From Vicugna vicugna (taxonomy: Eukaryota): a stretch of 62,000 nt of DNA. The stretch covers positions 310,001-372,000 of the forward strand of contig MU058153.1 of assembly GCA_013265495.1 (NCBI GenBank), in the 5' to 3' direction. The translations under genes were made by a program, and so were the position numbers. The notes beneath the pieces were generated by a model. The model was not told the DNA's origin. It saw nothing but the letters and a program-made list of their open reading frames with translations, and ran no database searches. Shown in pieces: positions 51,836-62,000 of the stretch (position 1 is its first letter; every line of letters begins with the position of its first letter).

Positions 51836-54800
51836 GAATGTGAAAGGTCCAGACATTCTCTCAGCTCTGTAGGTGGGTTTGCGTTCAGAGAAATAGTGTT
51901 TTGTTACTATCACTTTGCCGTATTTGCTCTCTGGGCTGATATGTCCTAGGGAAATTTGTGATAAGTTTGTAAAGATAATGGTAACCAGGGAAGAGAATAG
52001 TAGCCAAAAAGTTAATAGTCTTCTACCCATGGTCGTTCCCTGGTTCTAATCCCTGCTGCTATGGTTGTGCAAAATGCTGTCATTCGGAGAAGCTGGCTGA
52101 GGGAACGCACGAAAACTCTGAACAACTTCCCTGTTAGTCTAAAATTAGTTCAAAATAAAATGTTTAAAATAGTTCATTGTGGGTATTTCTGTTAGAAGAT
52201 CTCATGGGATTTTATTTATTTATGTGTATTTACTTCTTTGTATTTTTCGAACTCTCTTCAAAGACCATTTAATTCTTTTGAAATAGAAAGAAGCTGTAAG
52301 TTAAAATAAGAAATAAATGCCACCCAGACATATGCATCTTGTGGACTCAATCTCTGATTTTCAAAAAAATAATAGCATGGACAAAAGACTAACCAAGTTT
52401 GTTTTGAGGCTTATGTTGCAGGAAATACAGATTTAAAGTCTTGATTAAATTTAAAATGTGATAATTCTTGAACAAATTAGCATGATATTTCTTGAATAAT
52501 AATCATAACATTCTCCAAATGATAAAATAAGGTATTTTTATAGAATAACTACCTTGTGATAAACTGTAACCCAGGTATCAAACTAGACCATAAATTGAGT
52601 AACTTACGGATATTAAGAAGTCATAGTAGTTGAACAATTGAAAAAGACACAAAGGCAAAACACTTGACGACTCTGGAATTCAGAAATAGGTATATAGTAA
52701 GCAGTAACTCTGAAGTAGCATTGGTTAGGACTTTAGTGCAACACTGTACACTATGATAGAAACTGCATTTTGAAAGGAAGTAGTAGAAATTCAACTAGGA
52801 ATTTTACCAAAAATAAGGTGAATAGGGAAGTATATGGGGATTGATTCAATATGACTTAGAATCTTTCCAGGATGTGCTAATTTTGTGGCATGGGAGACCT
52901 AGTGGAAACATAGGCATAATCCCTGACTTCCAAGATTTAACAGATGTGTTAATAAGGCAATATGCCCATAAGCCCAGTGGAGACCCTTGATGAGAGATAA
53001 AGTAAATGTGCTAACACATTCTGTACAATTAACCATGGGCAGTCAATGAAGTGAGCAATCAGAATTGAGCAGACTTACCAGGAAAGGTTTCATAAAGAAG
53101 CAGACACCAGAACATCCACACAAATGTCCATTTGTTTTTGCTGTGAAAAGAGGAAGTAGCAGATAGATGTCCAAAAGAAGATCTTAGACTCTCGGTCTAT
53201 ACTATTTAAGATCAAAATGGTATACTGGAAACTTGAATATTAAGCTAAAAATATTCCAACCCAAATTTCAGAGCATTGGAGTCTCTGTGATCCCATATTT
53301 AAGATTTTTCCTCTTTTTGTAATAATTAATAATAATAATAATAATAGTAATAATTAACATTATGGAATATTATTTTACTGCAAGTAGTATGCAATAATGT
53401 TATGCACATTTTCTCCATCCTGACAGTAGCCATTAATTTTATCTGAGTTTCAAAGAAATTAAATAACTTGCTCGATTCAATCAACTAATCAGTGGTCGGA
53501 GTCCATATTTGCCTATAACTAACATTTGAAGTCTTCTCTAATATTCTGTTTTGCCTTTCCACTCTTTTGGGACTGTCACAAGTATGGAGGAATGAATCCA
53601 GTCCTATACTAGATCAAGTAGAAATTAAGTGAAGGGTCACCTGATACATGTATTTAACTTATCTATATCTGGAATCTGATTCTTTAAATCAGCCCAGCTT
53701 AATCACAGGCAAGCTCACCTATAAGGATCAGATTTCTGGGCCAGATACTCTTTGAGGTTATAACTTAAGATCACTCTCTTGCTATTTTCACATCTTTGAG
53801 CCCCTAAAAGGTAGTTCCCATCTAAGCTCTCTATGATATGGAGAACTTGTCTTTATCATGTAGATTTTATTTTGGCTTCTGAAATTCTGTCTAGGAGGAA
53901 CTGAGTAATACCATTCAGGTCAGTGGCTGTGTTGGAGCGGACAGATTAGGGACCCTGCCTTGAATCTGCATTTGTATGCATGTGCACCTTTTCAGAATTA
54001 AAGTAATCTTAGACTTTTTAAATGCACACTTTGCAGAAGATTTCCATAGATATTCATTGTCCACATCAAAGGTAATTATCATTATCCTTTCATGTTCAGT
54101 CACAATGGAGAAGGCTGATGAATTTTTAATTATACATTGTCCCTGACAGACTCCATCATTTGACTCTCAACATCCCCTTTCCCTCAGATGAAGACCTGTA
54201 TCCTTCCTATAATTCCTCAGAATTTAACATAATCCTGGGCCAAGTCTCTTAGCAACAATAAGACCCTCTATTAATCAACAAAGTACTTTAAGCCTCACCA
54301 ACTGAAAAAGCACTATGTAGAAGGCACTTGTGTACCAAAAAAAAAAAATTATTAAGACTATTTGGTTAGGGAAAATTATTAACGAATTCATGAAATCTAC
54401 ACTTCTGTTTAAATACCTATATTTAAATATATTATTTGTTAAAAGTGTTTTCTTTTGTCTATAATAAAACAGAATTTGCTGAACTGGAATCCTTGGTATA
54501 GAACGTAAAATCTGTGGAGATGCAAATGCATCTTCATTTACTAGTGGCCCTTTGGTGATAAAAGTGCCAGTGCAGTACCAATTCCTACGCTTACTATATG
54601 CTCAGTTGTGGACAGAATACCTATGCCTTCTTTGGCCACATTAAAGCCATATTCTATAACTATTTTTCCTGTTATTAATTAGATGTCAAAAGTATTTTGA
54701 AATTACATCAAGTATGTATTAGTAAAACAGACTTTATATTTTATATAAAGATGTGAATTGCAGGGTTTCAGCTCTATCTATATGTTTGTCTTCATTTTAA

Positions 54801-56644
54801 GGATAAAGTAAGTGGGTAGATGGAAGATATAAGGATAAAACAATGGTAGATTGATGACAGATAATAGACAAATGTAGTTAAACTTTAAAAATAACTTTTC
54901 TATAAATTTTTACATTTGCTGTCCATAAAAAAAAACCCTCTAAAAGTAGTAATTGTCCATTGCAAAAGTAAGAAATCTGTAGCTGAGAGAAATTAGTCAC
55001 CCAATTCATAGAACTGAAGTGGTGCCACTAGAAACCAAGTCCATTTCTTCTCTCACACTGTTGGCTCCTCTGCTCCATCCTAATACCAGATTTTGTGTCA
55101 GAATAAGAGCTAAACTTGACAGTGCAACATGTGAGACAGAGTCAAGCACAGGGTTACATAAGAAAAGGTAAAAGATATAGGGACCTTGCTTTCACAGCTC
55201 TGACAGGGGACAGTTTGGAAAGTAAGGGTTACTTATGGGAAAACTGGATCCAAGCAGTATCACAATTACCTAGCAAAGTCTAGGATGAATGCTTATTTGT
55301 AACAGTAACAAAAAAAAAAAAAGATGAAATGTGTATTATATGACATCAAAACACAACATATCCCAGTTATACAACGGATAACTGTATTATATTACAATCT
55401 GGGTTTGCGGAGCTATTGCTTATGAAATGTTTCCCTGCTTCCTCCCACCTTTTGCTCCACTCCCATCCCTAAAACTGCTTCTGCTAAGAACTAGTTTCTC
55501 TTTAGTGAGGATTGATGATCATAGCTCTAAAGTGGTCCAGAGCAGATCCCTGGAAGCTCATTTTCCCCGACATACGGAATATGTACATGCAACAAAATCA
55601 GCTACCTAGTGAGTTAAAACCCCATAATTGCCATAGTGAAAGGAAAATTACTCAAGCAGATATGGTTAGCCATAGTAACAAGACTTATAACCTTTCTGAA
55701 GGCCTTTGGGCCCTAATTATTCAGCAGCCGCTGCCAGGGCTAAAACTAACCCGTGTCTACAGTAGTTAATTTGCATTTCCCTTCCCCTGAAGCAGGCTGT
55801 CTTGTTCGTGGTGGTACCTGACCTATTTTTGAAGACCTCAGTCCCTATCAGTAACAAAACTCTCTCTCTTGTTCTCAAACTTCAAGAAGAAAAATTGTGA
55901 TGAATAACATTCAACAAATCCAAAGGCCTATAAAAAAATAAGATTAACAAGTCACATAGAAGAATAAGCTCTGGCTACTTTCTGGCTGAGTAGTCCAGGC
56001 ATGATGTCAGCAAGCAATTCCTTAATAGGTCAGGTTTTTAGGATCCTCTAAAGAAGTCACTGCCATGAGAGGAGCTCCCATGATAAAGGATTCATCAAAG
56101 GTGTTTACCCACACTTTTTGATTAAAATCATGACTGTCTGTCAGTTACTGCTTTTCATGGGAATGTCAGAGCTGGGAGTAGTTTCCTGACTTATGTTGTC
56201 ACCTTGATTAGGCATCAAAGAGTGAAGTTTTGAATCGAGCACTTCTGTAACCATTCTTTTCATTTTCTTGTGGTGGGGGTGCAGTTTGTAGGCTAGATCA
56301 TTATTCAAACCATTGCACAGATGTTTTCTTGAATGATGTAAACTCCTGCCCAAGGTTTAAAACATTGTTAACTCCCATTGTCCCCAGAACAATGCTCAGT
56401 GTATTTTGGACCATAGAGAAGTATCCGTAGTCAGGAGACAATTGGAGTACAAGTATAGCACATCTTTTCCTTCTAAGATGTTCCTCAAAAAACAGATGCT
56501 CTGTTTCCACTCAGTAACACCACTTTCTTTCTTTTTTTTAACTGGCCAGGGAGAAGAAGGGGAAAATAAAAGCTTGTTTTTGTTTCCTTTTGGAGAGATG
56601 CAGCAATAAGTATAAGTGTGGATATATTCACTGATACATATCTG

Positions 56645-56696
56645 AGTGTATACACACACGTGTGTGTGTGTGTGCATGTATATGTATGTGTGTGTG

Positions 56697-56733
<37 letters not shown>
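56645..56733. repeat. Compound (CA)/(TG)/(TA)/(GA) microsatellite
   Basis: Directly visible. Confidence 0.9.
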
Positions 56734-56734
<1 letters not shown>

Positions 56735-56757
56735 TTATTATTTTCTGCATCTGTTGG

Positions 56758-56917
56758 CAGGACTGGGTGCATAATTTACAAGGCCTAGTGCAAAATTAAA
56801 ATGTGGGCCCCTTTGATCAAAAAATTATTAAGAATTCAAGAGGTGACAGCAGAGCATTAAACTAAGCATTGGGCCCCCTGTGGCTGCACGGGACACGCAT
56901 CCGTAGAGCCTGCCCTG
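56758..56917 (-). mobile_element. MER45A-like hAT-Tip100 MITE
   Basis: caggact..cataattt..agtgcaaaattaaaatgtgggcccctttg..aaaaattattaagaattcaaga..acagcagagcattaaac..gccctg. Confidence 0.85.
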
Positions 56918-57159
56918 TCGATTAGGTTCTCAGCAGATGCTAGTCACGAGACTGGATTGGGTCAACCCCTCTCCCTTCTTTAGCTTGCTGAGATAAATGG
57001 TAAAAGTGAGATCTTTTAGCCATCCAGCTCATTACTAATGTTAAAAGAGGGCATTTGGAGAAAGGGAAAAAATAAAGGCTCCTTTCTAATACGCAGTGAG
57101 AATCTTTTGTTGGGTGATTGTAAGCTGAATGCAAGAAGAGGGAAAATAAGGCTGGAGTT

Positions 57160-57470
57160 GCCTTGTCAGTGATTTAATTATTTTCCCATCTACACTTGTT
57201 TTTGAAGCTTATCAGAGCAAAGTACTGTGGGCAGCCCAGCTGTCACTGTTATCGTTGTGGCTCCAAGTGTTGTAGTCCTGATTCCCATTGTAATGCAATT
57301 AATCTTTCGCTTTGCACTAATGGATGAACAAGCATATTTACTGCAGCATAAAATCCTAATTATTTTTTGAACAAATGCGTAAAGGGAATGTAAATTAATG
57401 GCAAGTGGCAATTGTGATAAACGCATACTATCTCTTTAAATGTCAGGGTTCCTGTGGTGTAAACTGAGCC
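57160..57470. promoter_or_regulatory. Candidate conserved non-coding element (homeodomain-site rich)
   Basis: Non-repeat block with clustered TAAT/ATTA cores (tttaatta, gtaatgcaattaat, ctaatgg, cctaatta, aattaatgg) and retained CpGs; conservation not tested. Confidence 0.35.
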
Positions 57471-57814
57471 CATGCTTGGAGGTAAAAGCCCACGCTTGCC
57501 CCACACCCCTCTACGTGTGTGAGGAGGCACAGACATTACGCTCAGAATCTATTCTAAGAGGGTGACTTGTGCTTGTAGACCACACTGATCAGGGATCACA
57601 GTATGTTGGCAGAGCTGTCCCCAAGAGAGTGACATTCTTCACAGGTACTCCTGAGCTATTGCTACCACTACTGTTTTTTAAAAAAATTATTTTATTTATT
57701 ATTACTTGTTATAACCTAACTCCCTTAACAATAGCAATAAATGTTAATTGAGCATTTCCCTTATCCATTATTGCCCTATTCTCACAAAAATTCTCTTATT
57801 AAGAACTTTTACAA

Positions 57815-58120
57815 TTGCAACAATATGGAGAAACTTGACAAAAATAATTTGGACAAAAGAGGCCAAATAAAAAATAGCACAAATGTATGATTCCATTGAC
57901 ATGAAATTCAGTTACAGTAAGCAATTGTTTATTCTGTGAGAAGTTACTAAAATGGTTTCCTTTGGACTGTGGAGTGTTCAGAGCGGTGCTTCTGGGCTCC
58001 TGGTGATGGTTTCAGTCTGGGCACTAGTTACACAGATGTTTTTAATTTGTTGAGTTATTCAGTTGGATAGATTCACTTTTCCTTATGAATATTATACTTC
58101 AGTACAATTTAAAAGAAAAG
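57815..58120 (+). mobile_element. Old L1 3'UTR fragment (L1ME/MD-like)
   Basis: gcaacaatatggagaaacttgac..aaaagaggccaa..tgtatgattccatt..attatacttcagta. Confidence 0.6.
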
Positions 58121-59848
58121 CTTTTACTCTTTTCATGTTTAATCAGTGATATTGACTTTAAAACTGAGATGCAGAGTGGTTAAACAACAGACCAAGGTGG
58201 AAAAGATGAAAAAGGGGCAGAACAATCCTTTGAAGCAATGTGTCCTTTCATTTCAAGGAGTGTCTTCCTACATCAGGTTGCTCTCTCCGCTTTTCTGTCT
58301 CTCCATGCACAGTGCCGATCGGTACTGACAGAGTTTAACACAGCATTGTGTATTTCACCATGGAAGAAAATAATGGTGCAGTTATGGGGAAGTTGAATCT
58401 ACAACTACCCACCCCCCGCCACTGCCGCCACCACTTTAAACTTTATCTACAATATTATTTCCAACACAGGAAAAACAAATGGATTTGTGAGGGGAAAACC
58501 GCTACTGTTGGCAAGATCATTTTGCTGGTTCATCATTACAGGGTGAAATGCTTTCCATCCATTATTGCTCTGTCTTCTAGAGATGGTCGTTTGTGTGCTA
58601 AATAGTCATGATGTTACCACTTTTGTGATGCACCAGTAGAGTTGTAAAAGATTTTGTTGGGAGCAACCCAATTACATTATTATTCCCTTATGTGCATTTT
58701 CACTACATCAAACATACCTCAAATTCTGTCTCATACTGATGTGTTCAGATTTCTCCAATGTTTAGTCAACTCATCTCTTTCTTGTTTCTATGCCTCCATT
58801 GTCTTTTGATGACTTTTCTGTCAAGGTTTAGTACAGGAGGGTTGACAAGGATAAGCCATAGATTATTTGAGGTCTGCTCTTGTTAACCACTTTGTAGCGC
58901 CCCGCATTTCATGCCAGAGCCCCACGGGACTGTGAACAGATCGGCCTTGATTAACTGACCCTAAGATTCCAGAAACTCTTCTTGGCTTATCTTCCTTCTA
59001 AGCTTGTACATCCTCCTCCTGCACTTTCTAACCTCAGTCATTGGCACCTTAGTGTCCTATTTTTTCCCTTCTTCTTCTTGATTTGGCTTCACTTGAATTT
59101 AGTCACTCAGATTTCACACTGTTACCTTTGTGTGAACTCCACTGCCTCTGTAACACCTCACTGCAAATTTGAAAAAAAAGACACCTCTCTCCTGCCCCCA
59201 AAAGACACAGGAGCAAATGAAATAACACAAATGAGAGCATCTGGCATGAGAAGGAGGACAGATTCTCAGTAAATTTTCCTTCATTTTTGGTGATCTCCTT
59301 CAGTTCAGAAAACCCTAATGTGACAAAGTTGAAATAATGGGCTTTGTCCATGAAAACCCGCAGAACTCCAAGGGACATTGGATCCTACTTGGACCTCAGT
59401 ACTAATGAGAAACTGTTGGAAAATGACTCCTCTTCTGTGTGGGTAGGCCTTTCCATTCAGAGAAATGAGCCAGGCAGAGTCAAGTGGTTGCAAAAATGCC
59501 TAATAATGCCCTGATAAAATGTGCAAAATAAAGTGGTACACTGAAATGGAAGTCATTTCACACACAAAAAAATTGGCTCTATTACTTTTCAGGGAGTTCT
59601 TGACTTTTCAACCTTTCTGCTAAGAACTCATCAGAGTGGAAATAAATTCTTTCATCTGCTACCTTTTAAGAACATATCAAATTAATTTAGGACTGCTGAA
59701 GAAAAATGAGAAATCCTCTTAGCTGTAAAAATCCTAAACTGCAACTCTTTTTACATTTTCTCTATTGTATCAGTAAAAAGTAAAACTAACATATATACCT
59801 TATATTTTATATTCTTTGATATATTTATATGTTGATAGTGACTTGTTT

Positions 59849-59998
59849 ATTTTTTCTTAAAATTACTGGAGTTTAATTTTATGTATTTATTTATTTATTT
59901 ATTTACTTATTTACTTATTTATAGTGGAGATGCTGGGGATTGAACCCAGGACTTCATGCATGCTAAGCATGTGCTCTATCACTGAGCTATACCCACCC
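59849..59998 (-). mobile_element. tRNA-Ala-derived camelid SINE (Vic-1 type)
   Basis: Reverse complement gggtgggtatagctcagtgatagagcacatgcttagcatgcatgaagtcctgggttcaatccccagcatctcc followed by an (AAAT)n-type tail. Confidence 0.9.
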
Positions 59999-60021
59999 AC
60001 CTGGCAATAGTGTGATTTAAA

Positions 60022-60777
60022 ATGCAAAACACTAAAATTCAACACCCATTTATGATAAAAACTCGTACCAAAGTGGGTATAGAGGGAACATATCTCAACA
60101 TCATAAAAGTTATATATGACAAACCTACAGCCAGCATAGTACTCAATGGTGAAAAACTCAAAAGCGTCCCACTAAAATCTGGGACAAGACAAGGATGCCC
60201 ACAATCACCATTCCTATTCAACATAGTCTTGGAAGTCCTAGCCACAGCAGTCAGGCAAGAGAGAGAAATAAAAGGGAGCCAAATTGGAAAAGAAGAGGTA
60301 AAAGTGTCACTATATGCTGACGACATGTTACTATATATAGAAAACCCTAAAAAGTTCACACAAAAACTGCTAGAGCTGACTGAAGAATTCAGCAAGGTAG
60401 CAGGTTACAAGATTAATGTTCAAAAATCAGTTGCATTTCTTTACACTAATGATGAATCAACAGAAAAAGAAAGTAAAGAAATAATCACCTTTAAAATAGC
60501 ACCCAAAGTAATAAAATACCTAGGAATAAATCTAACCAAGGAGATGAAAGAATTATACACAGAAAACTATAAACCATTGATGAAGGAAATTAAAGAAGAC
60601 TTTAAAAAATGGAAAGATATCCCATGCTCTTGGATTGGAAGAATCAATATTGTTAAAATGGTCACACTGCCCAAGGCAGTCTACAGATTTAATGCAATCC
60701 CTATCCAATTACCCAGGACATATTTCACAGAACTAGAACAAATCATAATAAAATTTATATGGAACCATCAAACCTAG
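60022..60777 (+). pseudogene. L1 ORF2 reverse-transcriptase fragment (251-aa open frame)
   Basis: [53 protein letters not shown]; a frameshift near 60770 is followed by [29 protein letters not shown] in another frame. Confidence 0.93.
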
Positions 60778-61161
60778 AATTGCCATAGCATTACTTAAGA
60801 GAAAGAAAGAGGCAGGAGGAATAACTCTCCCAGACTTCAGACAATACTATAGAGCCACAGTCATCAAGACAGCATGGTATTGGTACAAAACAGAAATAGA
60901 CTCACAGACATAGAATACAAACTTGTGGTTGCCAAGGGGGCGGGGGGTGGGAAGAGATAGACTGGGATTTCAAAATTGTAGAATAGATTAACAAGATTAT
61001 ACTGTATAGCACAGGGAAATATATACAAGATGTTATGGTAGATCACAGAGAAAAAAATGTGACAATGAATTATATATACGTTCATGCATAACTGAAAAAT
61101 TGTGCTCTACACTGAAATTTGCTACATTGTAAAATGATTATAAATCAATAAAAAATATTAA
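60034..61161 (+). mobile_element. Young 5'-truncated, internally deleted L1 with perfect 15-bp TSD
   Basis: ORF2 RT segment joined directly to 3'UTR, AATAAA and A-rich tail; TSD AAAATGCAAAACACT at 60019-60033 and 61162-61176; TTT|AAAA endonuclease site. Confidence 0.95.
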
Positions 61162-61269
61162 AAAATGCAAAACACTGACAGTTTAGGTAATATAATTCAT
61201 ATATAACAGTATTATTTAAAATGTTAGAATATTAATATAGTTTTAAAGTAGAAAAAGTTATTTAAATAT

Positions 61270-61520
61270 TATTTATAGAGTTTTTAATAACAAGGGAAAT
61301 GATAAATACATGTTAAATGTAAAAACATAGGACAAAATGTTGTCTATACAATTTGAGCATATGTAAAACATATGTACAGTGAAACGGACTAAAAGAAGAC
61401 CCACCGAATGTTATTACTTTGTGTGGTGTTATTATGGAGTGAGATTGTTTTCCAACTTTGCTTTGCTGTATGCTCCAAACTTCTACAATGAGCATATATT
61501 ACATCGATAATAAAAAGGAA
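61270..61520 (+). mobile_element. Old L1 3'UTR fragment (L1ME-like)
   Basis: atgttattactttgtgtggtg..attatgg..gattgttttc..tccaaacttctacaatgagcatatattac..ataataaaaa. Confidence 0.55.
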
Positions 61521-62000
61521 AAAGATAACAAGCAAAAATCACTACCTTTAGTGTTTAGGAGTGAAAAATAATTATTGCCAATTCTTAGTGACTCTGTCAC
61601 CACAAGAAAGGATCAGACTGTGTTTTGATACTAAACTAGGTGAAGTATTTTAGAATTTTGCAAATAATTTATGGGTATACATGTCAGAGTTAACCCCCTT
61701 GTTTGCATTGTCCTTTTTTAAGACAGAAAAAGTAATAAATTAACTCTTCACCAGCCACACCCAGACTCAATCAGTACTCAGCTAGACAGCCAGAACTCAG
61801 CGGGGAAGACAGAGCTTCTCTTATGTAAAGTCACATAAACACTCTATGTATTTTAGAAACGTGTATCACCGTTCTTAGGACTTAAATTCATGTCAGGCAC
61901 CTTTAGCTGGAGTCTAACCTGGACCTGTTTAGAGAGAAGCAGCTGAGAAATGAATGTCATGTAATTCTGGACAGAAGTAGTTGAATTTCCTGTGTTTCTT

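Noticed and set aside
56141..56353. Minus-strand 70-aa ORF with protein-like composition (..KKMKRMVTEVLDSKLHSLMP..) as a terminal exon
   Set aside because: No recognisable homology, weak acceptor context, no partner exons found in the window
1..62000. Remaining 60-118 aa ORFs in the six-frame track
   Set aside because: Lengths are as expected by chance, many have non-ATG starts or lie within repeats or microsatellites, and none has a recognisable domain

Overview
Mammalian non-coding genomic DNA, AT-rich and CpG-depleted. It is very probably camelid: two tRNA-Ala-derived SINEs match the Tylopoda-specific Vic-1 type. I find no convincing host protein-coding exon, RNA gene or CpG-island promoter, so the window looks like intergenic or deep-intronic sequence. 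It is dominated by interspersed repeats: L2, MIR, old and lineage-specific L1, MaLR/ERVL/ERV1 solo LTRs, and hAT/Tigger DNA-transposon fossils, many of them nested. Between them lie TE-poor blocks that look like enhancers or conserved non-coding elements. The only recognisable protein similarities are an L1 ORF2 reverse-transcriptase fragment (60.0-60.9 kb) and a decayed hAT transposase (7.0-8.7 kb). The most unusual observations are: (1) a young TSD-flanked L1 with a microhomology-mediated internal deletion and an ATG supplied by its TSD; (2) a ~550-bp non-repeat-looking insert inside an ERV1 LTR; (3) an unexplained ~400-bp segment next to a T-tract with coding-like composition; (4) a hairpin at an L1 deletion junction. 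I could not support a genuinely novel biological system. Repeat family names are from pattern recognition, not a database search, and repeat boundaries without TSDs are approximate.
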